A stretch of DNA of 64,000 bases from an uncultured Candidatus Binatia bacterium (lineage in GTDB: Bacteria > Desulfobacterota > Binatia > UBA9968 > JAJDTQ01). Positions 9,426-17,995 of the stretch are shown one piece after another. The notes below the pieces were generated by a model. It had not been told where the DNA came from. It was given only the letters and a program-made list of their open reading frames with translations, and made no database searches. The stretch spans positions 1,536,001-1,600,000 of the forward strand of contig OZ244070.1 in NCBI GenBank assembly GCA_965215605.1, given 5' to 3'. The translations under genes were made by a program, and so were the position numbers. The number at the start of each line of letters is the position of its first letter. Within the stretch, counting starts at the first letter, position 1.

Positions 9426-10301
9426 TCAGAGAAGCCCGTATCGCAGGGCGATCCACAATTTGTGCGCCCGCGTCAGACGGACGGGACGGTCGATGCGCGT
9501 CCAGCCCCGCTCATCAAGGCGCCGGAGCGTCTCCCGATAGACCGCCATCATCAGCACGATGGGCCGCACCTGGCGCCATCCGAGCTGCGTCAGCAGCCGG
9601 TCGGTCCTGTCGTAATGGTCGCGAGCGAGGTCCGCCAACTCGGCGCAGGCGGCGGCAAAGCCCGGATGGAGGAACACGGCGTCCAGGGTGCCCTCCGCCA
9701 CGCCGTGCCGTTTCACCATCTCCAGGGGGACGTAGAGGCGCTCGTTGGCCGCGTCCTCCTTCACGTCGCGCAGGATGTTGGTGAGTTGCACGGCGTTACC
9801 GAGGGTCTCGGCGATCCGGTATCCCGGATCCCGGGGCACGCCGAAGGCGTGGATGGAAAGCATGCCCACCGCGCCGGCCACCTTGCGGCAATAGCTCAGC
9901 AGGTCGTCCAGGGTCTGCATCCTCACCGCGGGCGCCGCGTCGGTCTCCACGCCGTCGATGACGGCCAGGAACTCCTCCCGCGGCATCTGGAAGCGGCGCA
10001 CGGGCTGCAGCAGCGCCCGTGTGGTCAGCCACCGCGGGTCGCCCGCGTAGAGCCGCGCGATTTCTTCCCGCCAGGCCGCCAGTCCCCGTTTCTTTTCCGC
10101 GGTCTCCCCGGGTTCGTCGGCGACGTCGTCCACCTCCCGGCAGAAAGCGTAGATGGCATATATGGCGCGGCGACGCTCCGCCGGCAGCACCCTCATGCCC
10201 CAGAGGAACGAGGTGCCCGACCGCGCCACCACCCGGTGGACGTGGGTCCAAGGCTCGATGGCGTCGTGGGCCGCCACGTGCGCGGCCCTATCCGTTTCCA
10301 T
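9426..10301 (-). CDS. hpnD: Presqualene diphosphate synthase
   Basis: SGTSFLWGMR, YAFCREVDDVAD, YCRKVAGAVG, QLTNILRDVKED. Confidence 0.92.
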   Translation of the reverse strand: METDRAAHVAAHDAIEPWTHVHRVVARSGTSFLWGMRVLPAERRRAIYAIYAFCREVDDVADEPGETAEKKRGLAAWREEIARLYAGDPRWLTTRALLQPVRRFQMPREEFLAVIDGVETDAAPAVRMQTLDDLLSYCRKVAGAVGMLSIHAFGVPRDPGYRIAETLGNAVQLTNILRDVKEDAANERLYVPLEMVKRHGVAEGTLDAVFLHPGFAAACAELADLARDHYDRTDRLLTQLGWRQVRPIVLMMAVYRETLRRLDERGWTRIDRPVRLTRAHKLWIALRYGLL

Positions 10302-11169
10302 TGGATGAATCCTGGCGGTGCCGCCGGAACAGCACCCGGCCGATGCCCCATGCGCCGCAGGCCGCGAACTGTGTCTTGGTCAGCGCCACGCGCTCGGCCA
10401 AGGGGTCGCGCCGGCGCAATTCCGCGCTGAGCCGGTGAGCCATGGCGACGATGACGGCGGCTTCCAGGGCGAACCGGAGGTTGCGGAGCCGTCCGGGCAA
10501 CGTGTCCGCCAGCTCAAGCAGTGCGTCGGTGCCGTCGAGGCACTGGTCCAGCACCCGCCGCAATGCCGTCGTGGTACGGCTTCCTCCAAGCGCCTCGACG
10601 CCGGCGCCCGCGGCGGCCATCCAGTCCCGGGGCAGATAGACCCGGTCCAACGCCTTGTAGTCGTCGCCGCAGTCCTGCAGATGGTTGAGCACCTGCAACG
10701 CGTTGCAAAGGGCGTCCGATGACGGGTAGGCCGCGGACGACTCGCCGTGGAGGTCCACGAGGTAGCGGCCCACCGGCGCCGCGGACAGTTTGCAGTAGGC
10801 CATGAGGTCGGTCCAGTCGTCGTAGCGCAGCTTGACCGCGTCCTGCTTGAACGCCCGGGTCAGGTCCACGCAGTGGCGGTGCGACACCCCGGTCTCCGCC
10901 AGGCTGCGGCGAATCTCGTGGGCCTTGCGGAAGGCCGGATCCGCGGTGTCGACGCCGCTCACGGCCCGGGCGAAACCGTCCATGCGGGCGACCTTGTCGG
11001 CAGGCTCCAGGTCGGGGTTGTCGGCGATGTCGTCGATGGCCCGGGCGTAGGCGTAGAAGGTCGCGATGTGCGGCCGAAGGCGCGCCGGCAGCAGCCAGGA
11101 ACCGACGGGAAAGTTCTCGTCTGCCGCGGCCTTGCCGGACGGCGTTTCTATGGCGACTGACTCGGCCAT
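10288..11169 (-). CDS. hpnC: Hydroxysqualene synthase
   Basis: ENFPVGSWL, YARAIDDIAD, YCKLSAAPVGR, SDALCNALQVLNHLQDCGDD. Confidence 0.93.
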   Translation of the reverse strand: MAESVAIETPSGKAAADENFPVGSWLLPARLRPHIATFYAYARAIDDIADNPDLEPADKVARMDGFARAVSGVDTADPAFRKAHEIRRSLAETGVSHRHCVDLTRAFKQDAVKLRYDDWTDLMAYCKLSAAPVGRYLVDLHGESSAAYPSSDALCNALQVLNHLQDCGDDYKALDRVYLPRDWMAAAGAGVEALGGSRTTTALRRVLDQCLDGTDALLELADTLPGRLRNLRFALEAAVIVAMAHRLSAELRRRDPLAERVALTKTQFAACGAWGIGRVLFRRHRQDSSNGNG

Positions 11170-11423
11170 TGCGTACTCATGGGTGGTGGCGTGCTTGAGG
11201 TCAGGCTATCACGAAAGCGGCGGTTACTGCCATACGGCGGAGCGCCGGCGGCGCGGGTGCCGAAACCGGATATCCCGTGATATGAGAGCCCCATGATGAC
11301 GACTCGTATCGCACTGATGGCCGCCATGGTGCTGCTGGCCGGAAACAGCGGCTACGATGTGGCGGCGCCGAGCGGCGACATCATCGAGCCGCTGGATGAG
11401 TCGCGGGAAGCCGAGGAGGCACA

Positions 11424-12308
11424 ATGGCAGAGACATCCACCGATCTTTTTCGTGTAACCCTTCTCGGCACCGGCGCGCCGCCGCCGAGGCTCGACCGGTT
11501 CGGGCCCAGCACCCTGGTCGAGGTGGGCGGTGAGAAGCTGCTATTCGATGCCGGGCGCGGCGCTTTGCAACGCCTGTTCCAACTCGAGATTCCGTTCGGC
11601 GAGGTCACCGCCATGTTTCTCACCCATCACCACTCGGACCACGTGGTGGGGTTCACCGATCTCTGGCTCACCGGCTGGATCGGCATGCCCTGGGGCAAGC
11701 GCAACGTACCGCTCAAGGTGTGGGGACCCGAGGGCACGAACCAGATGGCCGAACACCTGCCGCTCGCCTTCGCGACCGATATCCGCGTCCGCAGCCACAG
11801 CTACCCCGCGGAGGGCGTGAAGCTGGAATCCACCGAGATCGAGGAGGGGGTGGTCTACGAGTCCGGCGACATCCGGGTCACCACCTTCAAGGTCGATCAC
11901 GGCGGCGAGGAACTCGATGCCTTCGGCTACCGCATCGACTTCCAGGGACGCTCGGCCGTGCTGTCCGGCGACACCACGTTCAACGAAAACCTCATTGCCC
12001 ATTCGCAGAATGTCGATCTGCTGGTGCACGAGGTGCAACACGGCATGGGCCAGGGTGTCCAGCGCGCCAACCTGGAGCGAATCCGCCGCAACCACACCAT
12101 CCCGCAAGACGCCGGCGTCGTATTCACCCGCACCAAACCCAGGCTCGCCGCCTACACGCATCTCCTGCTCTTCGGCGAGGCCACGCCCGCCGACCTGATC
12201 CCGGCCACGCGCGGCACCTACGACGGGCCGTTGGTGGTGGGCGAGGACCTGATGCGGTTCGAGATCGGCGATGAGGTGCGAAGCAGCCGGTTTACGCCGC
12301 CGGACTGA
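11424..12308 (+). CDS. MBL-fold metallohydrolase (RNase Z/AtsA arylsulfatase-like)
   Basis: LLGTGAP, FDAGRG, THHHSDH (HxHxDH), SGDT, LLVHE, NHT. Confidence 0.88.
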   Translation: MAETSTDLFRVTLLGTGAPPPRLDRFGPSTLVEVGGEKLLFDAGRGALQRLFQLEIPFGEVTAMFLTHHHSDHVVGFTDLWLTGWIGMPWGKRNVPLKVWGPEGTNQMAEHLPLAFATDIRVRSHSYPAEGVKLESTEIEEGVVYESGDIRVTTFKVDHGGEELDAFGYRIDFQGRSAVLSGDTTFNENLIAHSQNVDLLVHEVQHGMGQGVQRANLERIRRNHTIPQDAGVVFTRTKPRLAAYTHLLLFGEATPADLIPATRGTYDGPLVVGEDLMRFEIGDEVRSSRFTPPD

Positions 12309-12320
12309 ACCTCGTTCAGG

Positions 12321-12500
12321 TTACCGCGAGCGGAACTCCGCAAGGTGCGTGTGCTCCACGAGCTGATGCATGTTTTGAAGCGTGAAGACCTTGTCCCGGG
12401 TTGAAAGAAGCAGCTTCTTCATGTCCTCGCGTCGGATTCCGAAACCTCGCCCGGCGATGCAGGCTGCCACTTCGAACCCAGGTTGGCTTGGTGGCCTAGG
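12321..12500 (-). pseudogene. C-terminal remnant of a putative restriction endonuclease-like gene
   Basis: Open minus frame RPPSQPGFEVAACIAGRGFGIRREDMKKLLLSTRDKVFTLQNMHQLVEHTHLAEFRSR*; in-frame TAG just upstream and no start/SD before the conserved-looking segment; family recalled, not searched. Confidence 0.45.
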
Positions 12501-12525
12501 ATACGGACCCTAGTCCAACCTTCCC

Positions 12526-13062
12526 TCACGATCCAGCCAAGGCATCGAGTCTGATTCGATCCGGCCGGGTGAGCCGGCGTTTGTGGTGGCGCAGCTCCAA
12601 GCTGGCGTTGAAGGCCGCGAGAATCTCATCGTCTGCAGTTGCCAATTCCTCGCCAAGGTGCTGCGTGAGCCAGTGCGTTACATCCGACCACCGCCATAAT
12701 CGGTAACGGCTGCGGGGATCCGTGACCGGCGGAGGAAACCCACCGGGACCCCGTGCTCCAGTAATCAGGAGCCGCATCCCTTCCCGTGTGCGTCCGATAC
12801 GCGAGGCGATGTCCGCCATGGAGACAAAACCTGCGTCGGCGATCCGCACCACGGCGACGCCATTGATACGTTCCAGGTCGGCCACTGCCGAGATGATGGC
12901 TTGGTCGAGGCCGGCGGCTTCCCGGTCGAAATCGACATACTGGATACCGTCGACCCGGCCGACCGCAGCATCGTCACATCCCGCCTCGAAAGCCGCGTCG
13001 ATAAGGGCATCGTCCTGCAAATCGGGACCGTCAACGATCAGAGTGAAATGGTGTATTGGCAT
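12526..13062 (-). CDS. Putative antitoxin / DNA-binding protein (HicB-like N-terminus plus HTH)
   Basis: MPIHHFTLIV...FEAGCDDA...VDFDREA...AIISAVADLE then VSMADIASRIGRTREGMRLL HTH and GPGGFPPP...LWRWSDV; start reassigned to 13062. Confidence 0.7.
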   Translation of the reverse strand: MPIHHFTLIVDGPDLQDDALIDAAFEAGCDDAAVGRVDGIQYVDFDREAAGLDQAIISAVADLERINGVAVVRIADAGFVSMADIASRIGRTREGMRLLITGARGPGGFPPPVTDPRSRYRLWRWSDVTHWLTQHLGEELATADDEILAAFNASLELRHHKRRLTRPDRIRLDALAGS

Positions 13063-13087
13063 TTCAGGTTTCCCCGTCGTCCGCGTA

Positions 13088-13315
13088 CTACTTGTGTGGA
13101 CACCGTCTGATGAAGCGGCGCAGTTGCTCCGCGTGAACTCCGGTGCTGCGAGGCGTGGACCAGATTGACACCTGGCACCCAAAGCGATTCGACTCTCCGC
13201 ACCGCATAACGCCCCAACGATGCCCGGATGCCGTCACAGTGACTGTCCACCTTGCTGTCTCAGCATCACGCAATGCACTTTCTACATCCTTTTTCGGGTG
13301 CCTCGCCCTTGCCAC
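13088..13315 (-). CDS. Putative HicA-like toxin
   Basis: 75-aa basic protein (GTG start) RHPKKDVESALRDAE...GHRWGVMRC...VSIWSTPR...HAEQLRR upstream of the HTH gene. Confidence 0.6.
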   Translation of the reverse strand: MARARHPKKDVESALRDAETARWTVTVTASGHRWGVMRCGESNRFGCQVSIWSTPRSTGVHAEQLRRFIRRCPHK

Positions 13316-13629
13316 GTTGACACGATACAACGGATACTCAGCATTGTCCAGTTCGCCCACTTGGCAAGATAATGCCCGGAGCGGCGGACTGCTCAACAGC
13401 GGCATGTCGTGGATGTGAGGTCGTTTCTGCCGGCGCCCGGGCGGCGGCGTAGCGTGGTACCGTGAAGCTGCTCCGCGTCCCCTGTCATGGTATCGGATGT
13501 CGAGCCCCATGTAATTGAAATCACCCTGAGAATGTGGTTCGGGGATAGGATCACAGCTTTGCGAACTCAAGGTCCAACTCGCATCACTGGCCTTCAGCCG
13601 TCAACGAACGCTCCCGGAAGGAGATAGAC

Positions 13630-14607
13630 TTGGCCCAGACACAGGCAACCGCCGGATCCCGTGGGGTCCCCCTCGACGTCGCCAGCAACGACTACCCGTT
13701 CTTCGGCGCTCTCACCAGCGGCCGCCACCAGGCCTACGGCCTGGACCTTCGCTGGCATTACGTGGACCCGCCGAACAAGCTGTTCCGGCAGGTGCTTAAG
13801 TCACCCCGGTACGACGTCACCGAGCTTTCCCTGTCGAGCTACACCATGATGCGGGAGCAGGGCTGGCGCGCCTACAAGGCGTTCCCCATCTTCACCTCCC
13901 GCCGTTTCCGGCACTCGGCGCTGTTCGTGCGGAAGGGCAGCCGGCTGGTGAGCGGGGAGCAGCTCAAGGGCAAGCGGGTCGGGGTGCCGGACTTCCACAT
14001 GACCGCGGCGGTGTGGATCCGGGGCATTCTCCAGGAGGACTTCGGCGTCAGGCCGGAGGACATCCGCTGGTTCACCGGCCGGGTGGAGCGGGTCAAGCTG
14101 CCGCCGGCCATCGCCGAAAAGACGGTGTACGTGGGCAAGGAGGCGCGGCTCTTCGACTGGCTGCTGGAAAAGAAGCTCGACGCGGTGATCTACGCCCACC
14201 TGACCCGGCCGCCGGTGCCGGAAGGCGCCGTGCGATGTCTGTTCCCCGACGCCGTCGAACGGGAAAAGGACTACTTCCGGAAGCACGGAGTCATTCCCAT
14301 CATGCACCTCATGGCCATCAGGGAGAAGCACCTGGAGAAGGGGCTCGGGATCGCCCGCAAGGTGGAGCGGGTGCTCAGGAAAGAGAAGGAATCGTTCCTG
14401 AAGCGGCTGGAGTTGGTTAGCTCGGCCGGCGTGCTCCCCTGGTTTTCCGAGTACGTGGACAACACCGCCGGAGTCCTGGGCCGCGACCCCTGGCCTCACG
14501 GCATCGAGGCCAACCGCAAGGGCTTGGAGAAGTTCCTCGACTACTCCACGGCCCAGGGGCTGATCTCGCACCGGCCGGACCTGCGCGAGCTGTTCATCGA
14601 CGTCTGA
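13630..14607 (+). CDS. 4,5-dihydroxyphthalate decarboxylase-like protein (PhtD/OphC family)
   Basis: YDVTELSLSSY, PIFTSRRFRHS, LKGKRVGVPDFHMTAAVWIRGIL, IPIMH, DPWPHGIEANRK. Confidence 0.8.
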   Translation: MAQTQATAGSRGVPLDVASNDYPFFGALTSGRHQAYGLDLRWHYVDPPNKLFRQVLKSPRYDVTELSLSSYTMMREQGWRAYKAFPIFTSRRFRHSALFVRKGSRLVSGEQLKGKRVGVPDFHMTAAVWIRGILQEDFGVRPEDIRWFTGRVERVKLPPAIAEKTVYVGKEARLFDWLLEKKLDAVIYAHLTRPPVPEGAVRCLFPDAVEREKDYFRKHGVIPIMHLMAIREKHLEKGLGIARKVERVLRKEKESFLKRLELVSSAGVLPWFSEYVDNTAGVLGRDPWPHGIEANRKGLEKFLDYSTAQGLISHRPDLRELFIDV

Positions 14608-14644
14608 CGAATCCCGGGGTATCCGGCAATGCCCGGCCCAGGCC

Positions 14645-15256
14645 TCACAGCACGAACGGCATGGTGGCCGCCAGCAGCACGCTCTGGTCCAGCAGCATGG
14701 TGCGCTTGCAGATCTTCCAGTGGCCGTCCACCTTGCGCAGCACGTCGTCGCGTTTGCCGGCGAAGATGTCGGTGCTGTCCTCGAGCTTGTTCCGGTAGAT
14801 CAGTATCCGGTACTTGACGCTGACTTCCTCGGGTTCTTCCAGGCTGGGCGTGGCGCGGATGGCGTGGACGTTGGAGATGATGCGGGAGACCCTGGGCGAC
14901 GGCTCCTCCACCCAATGGACCCCGGAGGTGATCTGCTTGATGCGCAGCCGCAGGGTGGCCTTGCCCTCGTCGAACCAGTTCATGTCCCGGCCCTGGCGGG
15001 TGTTCTCCGTGTCCCAGCGGCCGAACTGCACGTTCCGCCGCATGGGCGCCCAGTACGAGATGTCGTCGGTCAGCAGCGCCAGCCACTCCTCGTAGCGGCG
15101 TTCGTCCAGCAGGTCCGCCTCGGCGCACAGGAACTCGTGCACCTCCTGCGCCAGCAGCAGGTAGGGCAGCCCCTTGCCGGCGCCGGCGGCGGCCGGATAT
15201 CCGCCGCTTTCCCGTCCCGGGAGCGTCTCGGCCGGCGTGGTCCTACGACTCGTCAT
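14645..15256 (-). CDS. Aromatic ring-hydroxylating dioxygenase beta subunit
   Basis: EFLCAEADLLDERRYEEWL, DISYWAP, WVEEPSPR...ISNV, GKRDDVLR, KRTMLLDQ. Confidence 0.92.
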   Translation of the reverse strand: MTSRRTTPAETLPGRESGGYPAAAGAGKGLPYLLLAQEVHEFLCAEADLLDERRYEEWLALLTDDISYWAPMRRNVQFGRWDTENTRQGRDMNWFDEGKATLRLRIKQITSGVHWVEEPSPRVSRIISNVHAIRATPSLEEPEEVSVKYRILIYRNKLEDSTDIFAGKRDDVLRKVDGHWKICKRTMLLDQSVLLAATMPFVL

Positions 15257-16595
15257 TCATGAGCTCCGCCCAGCGCCGGTAGAAGGCCCGGGCGCCTTCC
15301 TCGGAAAACGACGCCTTGACGGTCACCGCATCCGGGAGGTTCTCCACCGGCTGGGCGAACCCCAGGCCCATGCCGTAGTGGTAGGGGTAGCGCCGGGCGA
15401 TGGTGCCCCGGCTGGCCTCGGTGGCGTAGATCCAGTTGTCCATGTCGTCCGACTCCACCATGCCGGCCGGGCCGGAGAACCGCATGTAGTAGTGGCGCAG
15501 CAGGTCCTTGACCTCCCAGGGGGCATCCCGGTCCACCAGGTACCAGCGCCATGCCTCGGTCGTGCTCGGACCGACCGGATGCCACACCACCATGGTCCGG
15601 GGGAACCAGGGGTGGAACGCGGTGTTGGGGAAGACGTTGCCGTTGCCGGGGGTTACCGTGACCTTCCCCTTCAGGCGTTCCCGCCGCTTCCGCTCCACCT
15701 CCTCGAAGTACTCCGCCACCAGCGGGTCGTTGGGGAACTCGGGGAACGATGGCTCGGCGCCCATTTCCGGCGGCCCGGTGATGGTGGCATGGCCGAGGCC
15801 CGGGAACGCCAGCAGTCCGCTGGTGAACCGCCTGGCCTGGTTCTTGTGGGCCGAGCCGTGGCGCTCCTGTCCTTCCCCGCCCGGCCCCAGCCCGGCGATC
15901 TCCGCGGACTTGTGGGTGGTGGGGCTGTGGTAGGTGTCCCAGGCGAAGTTCTCGGCGGCAAACTTCCAGTTGCAGGGCATCCGCCACTTGACCATGCCGC
16001 CCAGCACCTCCGAGCCGCCCTCGCTGCCGTCCCGCGCGTCCAGCAACGCATCGAGGTACAGGCGCATGCCGCCCAGGTACTCCTCGAAGGACGGCGCGGA
16101 CTCGTCCCATGTGGCCCAGATCGTCCCCTTGTAGACCTCCATCCCGGCCACGTGGATCAGCCCCCACGCCGACTTGTCGAGCTGCTCGCGGTAGCCTGCG
16201 CGGTACTGGGGAACGCCGTAGAGATCCCCCGGCGTCTTCACCAGGCCGCCGTCGGTGGAGTAGCTCCAGCCGTGGTAGGGGCAGGTGAACACCGCGGTGT
16301 TGCCCTGGTCATAGCGGCACACCTTCATGCCCCGGTGCCGGCAGGTGTTCAGCAGGACGTGGAGCCGCCGTTGCGGGTCCCGGGTGACGATCACCGACTC
16401 CTCGCCCATTCGGGAGAGGAAGAAGTCGCCGGCCTCGGGGATCTGGCTCTCGTGCCCGACGAAAAGCCAGGTGCGCGCGAAGATCTGCTCCAGCTCGTCG
16501 CGGTAGATGTCCTCGTTGACGAAGATCTCCCTGCTGATGATGCCGCGGTCGACATCCACCCACGCCCCGTTCCGTCGTCTGCCGTTGTCCACCAC
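15243..16595 (-). CDS. Rieske aromatic ring-hydroxylating dioxygenase alpha subunit
   Basis: Rieske CRHRG...CPYHGW; NWKFAAENFAWDTYH...TH Fe site; ESDDMDNW. Confidence 0.95.
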   Translation of the reverse strand: MVDNGRRRNGAWVDVDRGIISREIFVNEDIYRDELEQIFARTWLFVGHESQIPEAGDFFLSRMGEESVIVTRDPQRRLHVLLNTCRHRGMKVCRYDQGNTAVFTCPYHGWSYSTDGGLVKTPGDLYGVPQYRAGYREQLDKSAWGLIHVAGMEVYKGTIWATWDESAPSFEEYLGGMRLYLDALLDARDGSEGGSEVLGGMVKWRMPCNWKFAAENFAWDTYHSPTTHKSAEIAGLGPGGEGQERHGSAHKNQARRFTSGLLAFPGLGHATITGPPEMGAEPSFPEFPNDPLVAEYFEEVERKRRERLKGKVTVTPGNGNVFPNTAFHPWFPRTMVVWHPVGPSTTEAWRWYLVDRDAPWEVKDLLRHYYMRFSGPAGMVESDDMDNWIYATEASRGTIARRYPYHYGMGLGFAQPVENLPDAVTVKASFSEEGARAFYRRWAELMNDES

Positions 16596-16675
16596 GCCTC
16601 CAGAGTAGGTCTGGTTCGAGAATGACTAATGGAAACAGCGGAAGCCGCGTGTTGTCAAGGATCGCCACCCCGCTC

Positions 16676-16703
16676 CTGGACTCCCGCTTTCGCGGGAATG
16701 ACG
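16676..16703 (-). repeat. CGTC-tagged REP-like palindrome
   Basis: CTGGACTCCCGCTTTCGCGGGAATGACG (minus strand CGTCATTCCCGCGAAAGCGGGAGTCCAG). Confidence 0.8.
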
Positions 16704-16762
16704 GAGGTGTACCGTGCGGTCCGGTGCCGTACCGTGCGGTCCGGTCGGGATGGCGCGGGCAC

Positions 16763-17986
16763 TCACGCCCGCACCTTGCGCAGGCCGGGCAGGAACGCCG
16801 CCACCACGGCGGCCAGAACCAGCACGATGGCGCCCATGGCCGCCACCGTGTGCGGGGCGCCGATGAAGTGGGCGCTGACACCGGCCAGCAGCGCTCCGGC
16901 GGGCGTGATGCCGCGGTCGAGCATGTAGATGCTCATGACCCGGCCCCGCAGCCTGTCGGGGACGGTCATGTGCAGCACCATGTTCGAGACGGACATGAAC
17001 ATGACCTGGAAGCCGCCCACCACCACCAGCGTCACCAGCGACAGAAGCAGAGTGCGCATGAACGCGAACAGGATGAGGAAGGCCCCCTGCATCACCAGCC
17101 CGGCGATCATGAGGAAGCCGGGCCGGTTCACCCGGCTGGCAAAATGGGCGACGCTCAACATCGCCAGCATGGCGCCCAGGCCCGGCGCCGCCATCATGAG
17201 GCCGAGGCCGTCCGCGCCAACCTGCAGCACGTCCTTCTGGAAAATGGGCAGGAGAGCCTGATACGGCATGGCGAACAGGCGCGGGATCATGGCGGTGGCC
17301 ATGACCGAGAACACGACCGGGTCCGCCCATACGTACCGGATGCCCTCCCGCAGGTTGCTCAGCACCGAAGAGGCAGCGGCTTCGCTGATTCGCTCCGGAA
17401 CGTGCATCCGGTAGATCATCCACATGACGAAGAGGTAGGTGGCGCTCTGGATGTAGAAGTTCCCCGCCAGCCCGAACAGGACGATGAGCACCCCGCCCAC
17501 GCTGGGGCCGATGACCTTGGTGAAGTTGAAGGCCGCGGAATTGAGGGCCACGGCGTTCATCAGCTCCTCCCGCGGCACCACGTCGGGGATCAGCGCCTGC
17601 CGCACCGGCTCGCTGAAGGACCACACCACGCCGGTCACCAGCGTGAAGGCGAACAGGTGCCACACCTCCAGCAGCTCCAGGCTCACCACCAGGCCCATGC
17701 CCAGCGCGGTCACCAGGACGAACCATTGGGTGGTAATCATGAGCCGGCGCCGGTCCGTGCGGTCCGCGGCCACGCCTGCCAGCGGGCTGAATATGAGAAA
17801 GGGCAGGAACCTGAGACCGTTGATGGCCCCCAGCAGGATGGACGACCGCGTCATCTCGTAGGTCGCCCATCCCAGGGTGACCTGCTGGATCCACAGTCCG
17901 CCGCTGAGGAAGCAGGTGCCGGCCCACAGGTACCGGAAATTCCGGTTGCGCAGGGACGAGAAGGTGCTTCGGGACGCCGCGGCCAT
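16763..17986 (-). CDS. MFS transporter (DUF894/H+ antiporter-like)
   Basis: SLRNRNFRYLW, AGVAADRTDRRRL motif A, about 12 TM segments, VPDRLRGRVMS. Confidence 0.9.
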   Translation of the reverse strand: MAAASRSTFSSLRNRNFRYLWAGTCFLSGGLWIQQVTLGWATYEMTRSSILLGAINGLRFLPFLIFSPLAGVAADRTDRRRLMITTQWFVLVTALGMGLVVSLELLEVWHLFAFTLVTGVVWSFSEPVRQALIPDVVPREELMNAVALNSAAFNFTKVIGPSVGGVLIVLFGLAGNFYIQSATYLFVMWMIYRMHVPERISEAAASSVLSNLREGIRYVWADPVVFSVMATAMIPRLFAMPYQALLPIFQKDVLQVGADGLGLMMAAPGLGAMLAMLSVAHFASRVNRPGFLMIAGLVMQGAFLILFAFMRTLLLSLVTLVVVGGFQVMFMSVSNMVLHMTVPDRLRGRVMSIYMLDRGITPAGALLAGVSAHFIGAPHTVAAMGAIVLVLAAVVAAFLPGLRKVRA

Positions 17987-17995
17987 GGGCGATCC

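Noticed and set aside
13316-13629. Possible riboswitch or ncRNA upstream of the decarboxylase-like gene
   Set aside because: Contains CTGAGA but not the rest of a TPP aptamer or any other family I can recognise; needs an Rfam/Infernal scan
16709-16745. Tandem direct repeat GTACCGTGCGGTCCGGT x2
   Set aside because: Only two units, no spacers and no cas genes; not a CRISPR array
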